A DNA stretch of 64,000 nt from Myxococcota bacterium (GTDB lineage Bacteria > Myxococcota_A > UBA9160 > PR03), in NCBI GenBank assembly GCA_041611735.1, contig JBFIML010000011.1, positions 23,527 to 87,526 of the forward strand, given 5' to 3'. The translations under genes were made by a program, and so were the position numbers. The notes under the pieces are model-generated. The model had not been told where the DNA came from, did no database searches, and was given only the letters and a program-made list of their open reading frames with translations. Positions within the stretch are counted from its first letter, which is position 1; each line of letters begins with the position of its first letter. Positions 37,494 through 47,636 of this stretch are shown piece after piece.

Positions 37494-39932
37494 ATGGCTC
37501 ACCCGGAGCGGCGACGTCTCACCCCACTCGACCTGGGCATCTTCACCATCAGCCTCGCCATTCTGCTGTTGGAGCTGCTGCTCACCCGCATCTTCTCGGT
37601 GGTGATGTATCACCACTTCTCGTTCCTGGCCATGTCCCTGGCCATGACGGGGCTCGGGCTCGGCGGGCTCCTCGTGCACCTGCGCCCGCGCCGGTTCCGC
37701 GCCGACAACATCCGCACGGTGGCACCCATGCTCAGCGTGGTGTTCGCGCTCGGCGTGCTCGTCTCCGCCTGGGTCGCCTTTCACATGCCGATCCGGCTCG
37801 AGACCAGCGCGGCGAACTCGAGCCGGGTCGCGCTGGTCCTGGTCCTGAGCCTGGTGCCCCTGACCGCGGGGGGCCTGATCATCGCCCAGATTCTCGCGTA
37901 CAACTACGAGCGGGCGAACCGGCTCTACTGCTTCGACCTGCTGGGCGCAGGCCTGGCCTGCCTGCTGTTCGTTCCGCTGACCAACCAGCTGGGTGCGCCG
38001 ACCGCGCTGCTCGTGACCGCCGTCATCGGTCTCGTCGGCGGCGCGCTGCTGGCGGAGGGTCGGGGCGCGCGCCGTGCCAACGGGGCCGGCGCGCTGGCGC
38101 TGCTGGTCCTCTCGGTCTTCAATCTGAACGCGGGCTTTTTCGACGTCCAGTTCACCCGGGGCGCCAGGCAGCTTCCGACCCTGGTCACGCGCTGGAACTC
38201 GTTCTCCCGCGTCGAGGTGCGAGGGACCCCGGCGGAGATGGAGCGCCCTCGGCCGTCCTTCGCATGGGGCTTGAGCTCGCAGCTGCGCAGGCAGGTCCGC
38301 GAGCTCCACCTGCTCTACGACGGTGGGGCGCTGACCCAGATCCCGAGGTTCGATGGAGACCTGAGCGAGGTCGACTACCTGTTGTGGGACGTCACCAGTG
38401 CGGCACACCACGCCCGGACCCAGCCGCGCGTGCTGGTCATCGGAGCCGGGGGAGGGCGCGACCTGCTGACCGCACTCGTCGCAGGCGCCACCCGGGTCAC
38501 GGCGCTCGAGATCAACGACATCACGGTGGAACTGATGCAGGGCCGCTTTCGCGACTACACGGGGGGTCTCTACGTCGACCATCCGGACGTGACGGTCGTG
38601 AACGAAGACGGCCGTAGCTTCGTGCGCCGTACGCGCGAGCGCTACGACCTGATCCAGGCGTCTCTCGTCGATACGGCCGCCGCCTCGTCGGCGGGCGTCT
38701 ACGCCCTCACCGAGAACAGCCTCTACACGGTGGAGGCCTTCCTCGACTTCTTTGCCAGGCTCGAGCCCGACGGCATGCTGAGCTTCTCGTGGTGGTACGA
38801 CACGCCGCCGGTGGAGGTGCTGAAGATCGTGACGCTCGCGCGCGTGGCGCTCGAGCGCCTGGGAGTCGGGGACCCGGCTCCGCACCTGGTCGTGGTGCGC
38901 ACGAATCCCGAGCTGACCCGCAGGCTCTCGCTGGCCACGATCCTGGTCCGGCGCTCGCCGTTTCCGTCCCAGGAGCTGGCCGCGCTCGCGGCCTGGGCCG
39001 ACCGGATGCGCTTCCAGCTGGCGTACGTACCGTCGCAGGCAAGCCCGCACGGGGGGGACGGGGTCATCGAGACGCTGCTGGGTCCCAAGGCGGAGGCCGC
39101 CGACTTCGCCAAGACCAGGCCCTTCGACCTCTCGCCGACCACGGACGATCGGCCGTTCTTCTTCGACCGGGTTCCCCTGCTGGCGTGGACGGCCGCCCGG
39201 CTGGGCCTCCCGGCCCCGGCCCGCGGTCACGGAACGCTCCCGCTCGGGAGCCAGACCCTGCTGGTGGCGCTGGGGGTCACGGGCGCGAGCGCGCTCCTGC
39301 TCTTCACCCTGCCCATGTGGCTGGGGCCGTCCAGGCAGGGCGGCCCGGACGGGCGGCGTGCGGTGCCGCAGCGGCTGGCCTGGATGCTGTACTTCGCTTG
39401 CCTGGGTCTCGGGTACATCATCGTGGAGATCGTGTTGATCCAGCGCTTCAACCTGTACCTGGGTCGGCCCGCCTACTCGTTGACCGTCGTGCTCTTCACG
39501 ATGCTCGCGTCCAGTGGACTCGGGGCGCTGGCGGCAGCTCGCTGGTCGGGACGGGCGGCGTTGATCCCCATGTTGCTAGGGGTCTGCCTGGCCATCGGCG
39601 CCGTGGCGCTCGGGCTCGAAGCCATCATCGGGGCCACGCTGGCCGCGTCGGCTGGAAGCAGGATGATGACTGCCGCGGCGTTCGTCGCGCCGGTGGGTTT
39701 CGTGATGGGGATGCCGTTTCCGAGCGGACTGCGGCAAGCCGGGCGGACCTCGGAGTCGCTCGCCTCCTGGGCCTGGGCCATGAACGGCGGGGCCTCGGTC
39801 TTCGGCTCGGTGGTGGCCGTCGTGGTCTCGATGACGGTGGGCTTCTCGGGCTGTCTGACGCTGGCAACGGCGGTCTACGCCCTCGCCCTGGGGGTCGCCG
39901 TCTACCTGGTGCGCAGCCGCCGAGCCGCCTGA
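37494..39932 (+). CDS. Membrane-embedded spermidine synthase-like SAM-fold protein
   Basis: N- and C-terminal TM bundles; VLVIGAGGGRD, EDGRSF, ENSLYTVEA, TDDRPFF. Confidence 0.85.
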   Translation: MAHPERRRLTPLDLGIFTISLAILLLELLLTRIFSVVMYHHFSFLAMSLAMTGLGLGGLLVHLRPRRFRADNIRTVAPMLSVVFALGVLVSAWVAFHMPIRLETSAANSSRVALVLVLSLVPLTAGGLIIAQILAYNYERANRLYCFDLLGAGLACLLFVPLTNQLGAPTALLVTAVIGLVGGALLAEGRGARRANGAGALALLVLSVFNLNAGFFDVQFTRGARQLPTLVTRWNSFSRVEVRGTPAEMERPRPSFAWGLSSQLRRQVRELHLLYDGGALTQIPRFDGDLSEVDYLLWDVTSAAHHARTQPRVLVIGAGGGRDLLTALVAGATRVTALEINDITVELMQGRFRDYTGGLYVDHPDVTVVNEDGRSFVRRTRERYDLIQASLVDTAAASSAGVYALTENSLYTVEAFLDFFARLEPDGMLSFSWWYDTPPVEVLKIVTLARVALERLGVGDPAPHLVVVRTNPELTRRLSLATILVRRSPFPSQELAALAAWADRMRFQLAYVPSQASPHGGDGVIETLLGPKAEAADFAKTRPFDLSPTTDDRPFFFDRVPLLAWTAARLGLPAPARGHGTLPLGSQTLLVALGVTGASALLLFTLPMWLGPSRQGGPDGRRAVPQRLAWMLYFACLGLGYIIVEIVLIQRFNLYLGRPAYSLTVVLFTMLASSGLGALAAARWSGRAALIPMLLGVCLAIGAVALGLEAIIGATLAASAGSRMMTAAAFVAPVGFVMGMPFPSGLRQAGRTSESLASWAWAMNGGASVFGSVVAVVVSMTVGFSGCLTLATAVYALALGVAVYLVRSRRAA

Positions 39933-40082
39933 GGCGCGGGGGGTCGCCGGCCGTCCGCCCGGTCCAGGATGCCGTAGCAGGCGGAGGAAGGGCGAAGCGC
40001 ACCAGGCCGCCGGACCCGCGAGTGTGTCGTGAGATGCGGGTCTGTGCTTTCCTGTCGGGATTGCGTGCCATCCGGAGGAATC

Positions 40083-41096
40083 ATGCCTCGCCGCTTCACC
40101 CGTCTCGGCTTCCAGATCCCGAACTTCACCTTCCCCGACTTGCCGGAAGCCCAGCTCTTCGAGCGGGTGGCAGGCATGGCCGAGAAGGCGGAGGAGTCGG
40201 GCTTCGACACCGTCTTCGTGATGGACCACTTCTACCAGCTTCCGATGCTCGGGCCTCCCGACTGGAACATGTTGGAGGCGTACACGCTGCTCGGCGCCCT
40301 GGCGGCGCGCACGCAGAAGGCGCGGCTCGGCACCCTCGTCACGGGCAACACCTACCGGAACCCGGCGCTGCTCGGAAAGATCGTGACCACCCTCGATGTG
40401 ATCTCGGGCGGGCGCGCACTGCTCGGCATCGGTACGGGCTGGTTCGAGCTGGAGCACACGGGGCTCGGCTTCGAGTTCGGCACGCTCCGCCAGCGCTTCG
40501 AGAAGCTCGAGGAGGCGCTCAGGATCCTGAAGCCGCTGCTGCGGGACGAGAGGCCGACCTTCTCCGGCCGATACTACTCGGCGCAAGCAGCGATCAACCG
40601 GCCGGCGTCGCTCCAGGCCGGCGGGCCGCCGATCCTGATCGGTGGTGCGGGCGAGAAACGGACGCTCCGGCTCGTCGCCGAGCACGCCCAGGAGAGCAAC
40701 CTGCCGTGCCACGTGGACGAGGTCCCGCGCAAGCTCGAGGCGTTGCACGGGCACCTCGAGGCCGTGGGCCGTGACCGCAGCAGCGTGGGCGTGTCGGTCC
40801 TGTTGTCGCTGGTGGTGGCACCGACGACGGCCGCAGCGGAAGCCGCGCGCAACGCGCTGCTGGCGCGGCGCGGCCTCGACTGGAACACGCTCCCGGACCC
40901 CGTGAAGGAGAACCTCTCGCGAATGGTGCTGGTGGGCGATCCGGACACGGTCGGAGAGTTCGTCCAGCGCAAGGTCGTCGAAGCCGGGCTCGATGGCCTG
41001 GTGGTGAACCTGCCCGCCAACGGGCACGAGCTCGACGCCATCGCGCTGGCCGGCCAGGTGCTCGGCAAGGCGCTGGGCGGGTCTCCTGAGGGGTGA
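40083..41096 (+). CDS. LLM-class (F420-dependent-like) oxidoreductase
   Basis: FVMDHFYQLP, GTLVTGNTYRNPALL, ILIGGAGEKRTL. Confidence 0.9.
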   Translation: MPRRFTRLGFQIPNFTFPDLPEAQLFERVAGMAEKAEESGFDTVFVMDHFYQLPMLGPPDWNMLEAYTLLGALAARTQKARLGTLVTGNTYRNPALLGKIVTTLDVISGGRALLGIGTGWFELEHTGLGFEFGTLRQRFEKLEEALRILKPLLRDERPTFSGRYYSAQAAINRPASLQAGGPPILIGGAGEKRTLRLVAEHAQESNLPCHVDEVPRKLEALHGHLEAVGRDRSSVGVSVLLSLVVAPTTAAAEAARNALLARRGLDWNTLPDPVKENLSRMVLVGDPDTVGEFVQRKVVEAGLDGLVVNLPANGHELDAIALAGQVLGKALGGSPEG

Positions 41097-41216
41097 GGGG
41101 CCTTCCAGGCGCCGGTCGAGCTCCCGGTGGGCTAGAGCGCTCTCACCTACCAGGAGCGTTCGGTCCCGCGGAGTGGGGACACGGCCAGGTCGGGATGGCG
41201 CGGGGGACGAACCAGC

Positions 41217-41972
41217 CTATCCTGCTGCCCCCACGTCTTGGAGGCCGTGCGGCTCTGCACGAGAACGCGGCCGACCTTTCACGAGAGCTTCGACACGGGT
41301 CCGGGTAACCGTGCGACGGGCCAGGAGCTCGTCCTCGATCGCGTCCACGGCGACACAGTGGTCGGAGAGCAACCGCTGGGCACGCTTCCAGGAGGGCGCG
41401 TGCCAATGGTTCGCGGGGCGCAATAGCCCGAGGTGTTGGGCGAAGGTGGCCAGGTTCACGCGGTCCCGCTCGGAGTGCTCCCAGAGTTGTCCGAAGACAG
41501 CATCATCTACAGGATCTTCGATCGAGCGCTCGGAGTCGATTGCCCGTGCTTCGAGCCTGGCGAGGGACGTGCGGTGCTCGGCGGCGACCCCCGCGTAGCA
41601 GATGGTCCCGAAGGCGGCGAGCATCCGTCGCTTCCAACGCGTTGAAGGAAGCAGCGCCGACAGCGGCCAGCGAGGGTTCAGGGTAGAAAAGCCGAGAGCG
41701 GCGAGGGGGTCCAGGCCGATGCATCCGAGCACGCGGCTCCCCGGGTCGGGTCCACGGGCCGCAAACTCGAGCGCACCACGCGGGTAGAGGAGAGCGATGA
41801 CGACGGCGTGCCCCGCCTCATGGCGTGCGGCCGTGGAGCATGGCGCACAGATGGGCCAGAACTCGAGTGGGTGCGCCGGTACATGAAGCTTCTCGCATAG
41901 GGTGCAGCTCGCGAGCCACGCTGCACGCACGCTGCCAGACGCGCTCGTGAGAGCGTCTTGTTCGCTTTGCAT
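41217..41972 (-). CDS. Hypothetical protein with CxxC pairs and M41-like HEAGH motif
   Basis: CTLC...CAPC..AARHEAGHAVV...YAGVAAE; start uncertain. Confidence 0.55.
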   Translation of the reverse strand: MQSEQDALTSASGSVRAAWLASCTLCEKLHVPAHPLEFWPICAPCSTAARHEAGHAVVIALLYPRGALEFAARGPDPGSRVLGCIGLDPLAALGFSTLNPRWPLSALLPSTRWKRRMLAAFGTICYAGVAAEHRTSLARLEARAIDSERSIEDPVDDAVFGQLWEHSERDRVNLATFAQHLGLLRPANHWHAPSWKRAQRLLSDHCVAVDAIEDELLARRTVTRTRVEALVKGRPRSRAEPHGLQDVGAAG

Positions 41973-42361
41973 CAAGGATTCCCGAAGCAGACCCTGCCTG
42001 TCCGCGCACAAACCTCTTGCGCGCACCCGGCAATACGGGTCGGGCTGGCGGCGGGCTGGCTTCGGACAGCAGCGGTCCTGGATGGCTAGTCAGTAAGAAA
42101 AACGGGCGGGTTTTTCTTGCTCATGGGGCCGCCTTGCGACCCTGTCTGACTACCGGCCTACTAAGAGCCCCATCTCTAAGCGGTGTGTAACATTCCGGTC
42201 TACTGTCTGTCAAGGTGCTGGAAAGGTTGGGTGAAACCCGATCTCCTGCTGATTCTTGGGAAGGCAGATGCTGCCTCTGACGAGCCGCGCCCCGTCTGAT
42301 CCGACCCGGCGGCCGCGCGGTCCACAGATCGGAGGTCCTGCCTGGCTCGGTGCATTGCCGA

Positions 42362-43138
42362 TCAAAGGATCCGGTCGAGATAGCTGCCGAGGTCTTCCGC
42401 GAAACGCTCATCGGCCGCGAGTGTCGCGAGGTGCCTCTTGACCCTCCCGAAGTCGTCGATCCTCGGCACGAGCGCGGGCAGCCCCGCGCGCTCGAGCGCC
42501 TCTTTCATGAACAGCTCGTTCGAGAAAAGCGCGAGTTCGCACGCGAACGCGATGTCGGCGAGGCTCAATTCGTCACACGCGATGTTGCGCGACGACGACA
42601 GAGCCTGATCGATTCCGCCCAGGTAGGACGCCAAGGCGGATGCCATCTCTTGATGGATCTCTTTGGGGAATGCCTTTCGATCGGCAAGGAGATACTGCTG
42701 GATGCTCCGGGCGAAGAGCAGGCTGCGATCGAGAAAGCCGTCGATGCGGGACTGAAGCAGGGGGCCTTCGCCACAGAGCTCGCCCCCTTTCGGGCCGAGA
42801 CGAGCCGCAGCGCGCAGGATGCTATTCGACTCGAAGACGCCGACTTCGCCGCCAGCGCCGAAGGCGGCGGGAATGTCCCCGAAGGGATTCGCCGCCAGGA
42901 AGGCGTCCGTCTTGTAGAGTGTGCCCGAGAATCCGGTCTTGGCCTGCCGCGCGAACTCTGCGTATCGCTCTGCGTCGCCCTCAGCGAGCGGGTGCCCGTG
43001 GTAGTCCCACAGCCAGCCAGGCATCTGCTTCGGTGAGGCGCCCAGGACTTCGATCACGGCGCCGGAGAAGCGGGCCGCGATGGTGGCCTTGTAGAGCCGC
43101 GGGTTCGGTAGGTAGGAGAAGATGCGCAGGTCGGCCAT
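42362..43138 (-). CDS. Glutathione S-transferase family (EF1-gamma-like)
   Basis: PNPR, FLAANPFGDIPA, VFESNSI, LSLADI. Confidence 0.88.
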   Translation of the reverse strand: MADLRIFSYLPNPRLYKATIAARFSGAVIEVLGASPKQMPGWLWDYHGHPLAEGDAERYAEFARQAKTGFSGTLYKTDAFLAANPFGDIPAAFGAGGEVGVFESNSILRAAARLGPKGGELCGEGPLLQSRIDGFLDRSLLFARSIQQYLLADRKAFPKEIHQEMASALASYLGGIDQALSSSRNIACDELSLADIAFACELALFSNELFMKEALERAGLPALVPRIDDFGRVKRHLATLAADERFAEDLGSYLDRIL

Positions 43139-43153
43139 GGATTGATCGCTCTC

Positions 43154-43888
43154 CTACCAGATCTCGCCGAAGGGGCGGATGACCATCTCCGACGACCAGG
43201 CCGATCTCGGTTGGTGGGCGAGATGGAAACACGCGTCGGCGATGTCGGCGGGCTTGCAGAAGAAGTCGTCGGGCGCCTCCGGGAATCTCTTCCGGGTCCA
43301 GGCGAGATCGATGACTGCGTCGACCGCGAGGTAGGCCGCGTGGACGCCTTCGGGGCCGACGCTGCGCGCAATGCTCTCGATCAGAATCCGCTGGGCGGCC
43401 TTGGTGGGCGCGAAGCCCGCGAACTGGGCCTTGCCGCGATACGCGGAGGTGTTACCCGTGGCGAGGATCGCGCCGCCGCCGTGGGCGATCATGTCGTCGA
43501 CGGTCAGCCGCGCAAGGTGGAAGAGCGCCATCGTGTTGACCCGGAAGTTGTGCTCGAGCGTCTCAGCGTCGATCTCCCGGAAGCTTCCGAAGGCCCCGCC
43601 GACGGCGTTGTGTACGACGATGGAGGGCGCGCCGAGTTCCGCGCGAACCCGCGCGACCGCGTCGGCCAGGGTCTCGGGATCCGAGACGTCACAGGGATAG
43701 GCGTGCGCTTGCGGCCAGGACGTGGCGAGCCTATCCAGACGAGAGGCGTCGCGCGCCATCATCGCGACCCGGTAGCCCGCCGAGTGGAATCGCCCGACGA
43801 GAGCGGATCCGGTCCCGGGGCCCACACCCGTGATGAGGCAGACGCCCGGTCGCTGCGCACCTGCCAGGTTCGATGCTTCGCTCCTCAC
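43154..43888 (-). CDS. Short-chain dehydrogenase/reductase
   Basis: TGVGPGTG, VHNA, FAPTKAAQR; GAGGAG RBS + GTG. Confidence 0.9.
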   Translation of the reverse strand: MRSEASNLAGAQRPGVCLITGVGPGTGSALVGRFHSAGYRVAMMARDASRLDRLATSWPQAHAYPCDVSDPETLADAVARVRAELGAPSIVVHNAVGGAFGSFREIDAETLEHNFRVNTMALFHLARLTVDDMIAHGGGAILATGNTSAYRGKAQFAGFAPTKAAQRILIESIARSVGPEGVHAAYLAVDAVIDLAWTRKRFPEAPDDFFCKPADIADACFHLAHQPRSAWSSEMVIRPFGEIW

Positions 43889-44078
43889 GTTCTTGCTCCT
43901 CGGGCCGGAAGCGTCCCGTCGGCCCAGAGTCCGAGGAGGTACGCTCGTCACGGCGACGGATGCGGTGCGCGGGCGTTCCGGCTGGACGGATGCGGCGAAG
44001 CAAGGCGGATCGCATCTTCGAGCGGGCTTCTTGGTCCGAGCAGCTTGCGGGGCTGCGGATGCCGGCCCAGGGCTTCCG

Positions 44079-44318
44079 TCACCCGCGCGTCGACTTCACT
44101 TCCTGGATCCAATCACACTGGATGCCGGCCTTCGCATGATGCTTGTTGATGGCCTCGCGGTTCGGGGCGTCCAGCACGCAATAGATCTTGTTGTCCTTCT
44201 CGCTGAACAGGATGTCGTGGTGCGTGACCCCGAACTCGTCCGACGGCGCCTGCTGCAACTTGTTCAGGGCGTCCGCCGTGAACGGCTTCATGGGATGGGA
44301 GTCGATGAACTTCGGCAC
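44079..44318 (-). CDS. DUF4242 / SCO4226-like small metal-binding protein
   Basis: PKFIDSH, IYCVLDAPN.EA...HH..AG. Confidence 0.82.
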   Translation of the reverse strand: MPKFIDSHPMKPFTADALNKLQQAPSDEFGVTHHDILFSEKDNKIYCVLDAPNREAINKHHAKAGIQCDWIQEVKSTRG

Positions 44319-44468
44319 GCTTGGCACCTCCTCCCGCCTGGGCGGCGGGCTTCCTCGTCGCGTCGGTCCCTGGCTACAACGTCATTATAGAGCGGATGGG
44401 TAGCAGGCGGTCGCCCAGGCCGCCGTCGTCCGAGTCGTAACGTCAGGGCCCGCTAGACCCCAGGGGCG

Positions 44469-45100
44469 CGTGGGGAGGGCGGCGGGAGCTTCCATGCCTT
44501 GACCGGCTCTCGGGCCGCTGGGGTTGCTCCTGGCACCGCAACCGGGATGCCCAGGTGTGCGCGAGCGCCACGCGGATGCCCGAGGCGCAGCTCGAGCGCG
44601 CCGTCCTGCGCGGCATCCGCGGCGCCCTCGACGAGACGGCCGCGGCGCACGCGCTCCAGGTGGCGCTGGCCGAGCTGCGAAGCCGGATCGAGGCGACGGA
44701 GCCGCGCCCGCTCGAAGGCCGAGCTCGCGGTCCTTGACGCGAGGATCGAGCGGCGCTCGATCCGGCCATCGGGCTCGGTGAGCTGGACGCGGCAAGGGAC
44801 CGGCTGCGCATACTGCGGGCCGAGAGGCAGCGGGTCGCCGCCCGGCTGAGCGAGCGCGCCTGAAGCCCCCGAGCGCCGAGGAGCTCATGGCGAGGCTCCG
44901 CGAGCGCCTCCGCGATCTCGAGGCGACGCTGCGGGCGGATCTGGGGCAAGGGCGCATGGTGGTCGGGGCGCTGCGCGGCGGGAGCCGGCTCCGCGTCCAG
45001 GTTGTCGCCTACACGGAAGATCATTGCCCTCCGTGACAGAATCTGGGTTCCGTCTGGCGTGACCCCTGGGGGTCGGGGAGGGACCTCCCGACCCGAGGGC
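44469..45100 (+). pseudogene. Frameshifted C-terminal remnant of a large serine recombinase (Zn ribbon + coiled coil)
   Basis: GGSFHALTG / WGCSWHRNRDAQVCASATRMPEAQLERAVL / ELAVLDARIER / ELDAARDRLRILRAERQR / LRERLRDLEATLRAD in successive frames. Confidence 0.65.
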
Positions 45101-45296
45101 GCTTTCGCCACATGCGAGGCAAGGAGCCGATCTTGCATGCATTTCGGTTTGGGAAGGGGATCGGCTCGGCGTGAGCCGTGATCACGTCGCTGCCGTCCGC
45201 AGGCGCGGCACGCACTGAATGGAAACCACAGCTCCGTTCCGTATCCTGATGCTTCGCGATACCGCTCCGGTGTGGCGGCGTACGAGGAGAACGGCC

Positions 45297-46205
45297 ATGA
45301 AGGCGAGAGAGATGAATTCTCTTTGGGCACTCGTCGTCGGGCTCTCGTTGTGGGGTCTGTCGATGCACGCCGTGCCTGCGTTCGGACTACCACCCCTTTC
45401 GACGCCCGAGGCGAAGTGCAACTGCTACCGGCTCGGGGACATGTGTCCAGCCGACTGCCCGGCGTGCGTCTGCAACCCCACCCGCGGTGGGAGTTGCGAC
45501 GTGGACGGTAAGCTGGACGTCAGGTGCAGCGGACTGCCGAACCCCGCGCCCCAGACGAATCCCTCGAGTCTGGTGCTCGCCCTCGACCTCTACATGGAGG
45601 CCTACCTGGCTCCCGTCTCCGATGGCGAGGGGAGGCCCGATGAGGGTCTGTTCGAAGCTGCGGCTCGGGTCCATCTCGGGGCCGAGAACCAGAGGATGCA
45701 TGCGCTTGTGCAGGAGACGGTCCACGCGGCTCTGGACGCGGTGCTCGGGTTCGACTTCGTTCTGCCGCGGGTCGCGAATCGTCGGTGCGAGGAGCCAGCA
45801 TCCGACCGGGGTGCTGGCCGACCGAGGCCTGGCAATGTTCGGACGACGCCGCCGGAGGCCGTCGCGATCGTGGAGGCGACGCATGTGGGCATCCGCAACG
45901 CGATCCTGAGCCGGAATCTGAATGCGGTGGTCGCGCCCTTGGCGGAATTCTGGAGCGCGAATCCCGACTTTCATCCCTTCCATACCGGCCGCTACTACCT
46001 GCACGGTCATCCCGAGTACGAGGGGACCACGCCGCTGGCGGGCCAGATCCGCGTCCTGAAGCAGTCGCTGGGGTCCCTGCTGAACGACGGCCAGCCGCTG
46101 TGCGGCAACGACGTCCGCGAAGGATCGGAGGCGTGCGACGGGTCGGACAGCTTGGCCTGTGGAGGCGTCTGCAGCTCCGACTGCACCTGCGGCGTCATCC
46201 CGTAG
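45297..46205 (+). CDS. Secreted Cys-rich protein with myxobacterial-type CGN..E..CDG repeat
   Basis: GAGGAG RBS; signal peptide; N-terminal Cys cluster; C-terminal CGNDVREGSEACDG. Confidence 0.78.
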   Translation: MKAREMNSLWALVVGLSLWGLSMHAVPAFGLPPLSTPEAKCNCYRLGDMCPADCPACVCNPTRGGSCDVDGKLDVRCSGLPNPAPQTNPSSLVLALDLYMEAYLAPVSDGEGRPDEGLFEAAARVHLGAENQRMHALVQETVHAALDAVLGFDFVLPRVANRRCEEPASDRGAGRPRPGNVRTTPPEAVAIVEATHVGIRNAILSRNLNAVVAPLAEFWSANPDFHPFHTGRYYLHGHPEYEGTTPLAGQIRVLKQSLGSLLNDGQPLCGNDVREGSEACDGSDSLACGGVCSSDCTCGVIP

Positions 46206-46230
46206 CCCTGGCCGGCCGCCCCTGAACGAA

Positions 46231-46265
46231 GACGCCCCTGGCACCGCGCGATGCCAGGGGGCGTT
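46231..46265. terminator. GC-rich hairpin after the Cys-rich gene
   Basis: GACGCCCCTGGCA...TGCCAGGGGGCGTT. Confidence 0.6.
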
Positions 46266-46403
46266 CCATCAGATAATAGCGGAGGGGCGCTCCGCCCGAC
46301 CCTGATCGCGTCGATTCGAGACGATGCGCCCCGGCCTCGGTCGGGGCGTTCTCGTTTCGGACCTCATGGTGCGGAGCGGGGTGGAAAGGCGGCCAGAAGC
46401 CAG

Positions 46404-46437
46404 AAAACGCCCCCGGAAGCGAACCTCCGGGGGCGTT
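46404..46437 (-). terminator. Intrinsic terminator downstream of tRNA-Met
   Basis: Minus strand AACGCCCCCGGA-GGTTCGCT-TCCGGGGGCGTT-TT. Confidence 0.8.
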
Positions 46438-46444
46438 GCTCAGG

Positions 46445-46518
<74 letters not shown>

Positions 46519-46530
46519 GCAGACCTCCGG

Positions 46531-46558
46531 AAGATAATGGCCCGCGACCGCGTGTCAA
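46531..46558 (-). promoter_or_regulatory. sigma-70 promoter of the tRNA
   Basis: TTGACA-16bp-TATCTT on the minus strand. Confidence 0.65.
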
Positions 46559-46667
46559 CGTTCCCGAGTTGCCTGCGGGGTGCCAGCGCAAGTGCCCGGC
46601 ATGGTGACACTTTTCGTCTCTCCGGGACACTCCCCCAGTGGACCCGAGCGGAAGGAGCGGCGGATCC

Positions 46668-47246
46668 ATGCGGAAGCATTCTTGGCGGGTTTTGGCCGCA
46701 GCGGCGATCGCCAGCTTCGGTCTGGGGTTGGGGCTCGAGACGGCGTCGGCCAGCGGGCCCATCTATCGCTGGGAGAGCGACGACGGGGTGCTCGCCTTCA
46801 CGGACGACGCCCGGCGCGTCCCGGCGCGCTACCGCGCCGAGGCGGCGACGATCCGGCGCCGGCCGCTCAAGCAGCACGCGCGCTTCACGCCCACCGATCC
46901 CGAGGCGGCGCTTCGCTACGCCGAGCGGCTGGCGGACCGCCTGGAGCGGCTGCGCGCCCTGAACGCGCGCTTCGACGAGCGCGAGGAGCGGGTGCCGGGC
47001 GGGCCCGCCTCGCGGCGCTTCACGCTCAGCACCGGCAACCGCACGCACACGACCCTGGACCTGCCGGTGGAGGAGGAGGCCGGGCCCATCGTGGTGGAGT
47101 CGCGGCGCATCGCCGATCCGGACACGGGGGTGACGCGCCTGCTCACCGTGGTGCGCCAGGGCGACCGCATCCTCACGATCGTGAAGCCGCGCCCCCGCGT
47201 CTACCGGCCTGGCTTCGGCTCGCTGAGCGACCTGCAAGCGCGTTAG
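46668..47246 (+). CDS. DUF4124-like secreted protein
   Basis: Signal peptide; IYRWESDDGVLAFTDD..RVPARYR. Confidence 0.8.
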   Translation: MRKHSWRVLAAAAIASFGLGLGLETASASGPIYRWESDDGVLAFTDDARRVPARYRAEAATIRRRPLKQHARFTPTDPEAALRYAERLADRLERLRALNARFDEREERVPGGPASRRFTLSTGNRTHTTLDLPVEEEAGPIVVESRRIADPDTGVTRLLTVVRQGDRILTIVKPRPRVYRPGFGSLSDLQAR

Positions 47247-47247
47247 G

Positions 47248-47628
47248 TCAGGAGCCTGGCTCCGGGTCGGAGTCCGCGGCGTAACCCCGCAGTACGCCCG
47301 GCGACACGCCGGCGCGACGCGCCGCTTCCACGATCTCCGGCCACTGGCGTTCGGCCTCGGCGAGCTCCGTGCGCGCCTTCTCGAAGCGGTCGAGGAGGCG
47401 CGCCTTCTCTTCACCCCGGGGATAGCGCTTCTGGCGCTGCTCGCGGAGCGCCTGCTCGGCCTCGGCGAGCTGGCGGCGCGACGTGTGGAGCCGGTCCTGG
47501 GCCGCGCGCAGCCGTTCGACCCACTCGGCCTGCTGGCGGGCCGCCGCATCCGCCGAGAAGGCCGCCGTGGGGAAGGCGGGGAAGGGCGCAAGCGTGGCGA
47601 GCGCGAGGCCCGCCAGCCAGGCGCCCAC
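47248..47628 (-). CDS. Secreted coiled-coil hypothetical protein
   Basis: Hydrophobic N-terminus; coiled coil ending ARRAGVSPGVLR; start uncertain. Confidence 0.65.
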   Translation of the reverse strand: MGAWLAGLALATLAPFPAFPTAAFSADAAARQQAEWVERLRAAQDRLHTSRRQLAEAEQALREQRQKRYPRGEEKARLLDRFEKARTELAEAERQWPEIVEAARRAGVSPGVLRGYAADSDPEPGS

Positions 47629-47636
47629 CCCCCGTC

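Noticed and set aside
39974-44410. GTAGCAGGCGG at ~39974 and ~44400 as possible att sites
   Set aside because: Only 11 bp, mismatched to the tRNA end and without the accompanying hairpin; plausible by chance
45122-45137. AGGAGC-CGATC-TTGCA as a sigma-54 promoter
   Set aside because: Poor -24 match and ~160 bp from the next start codon
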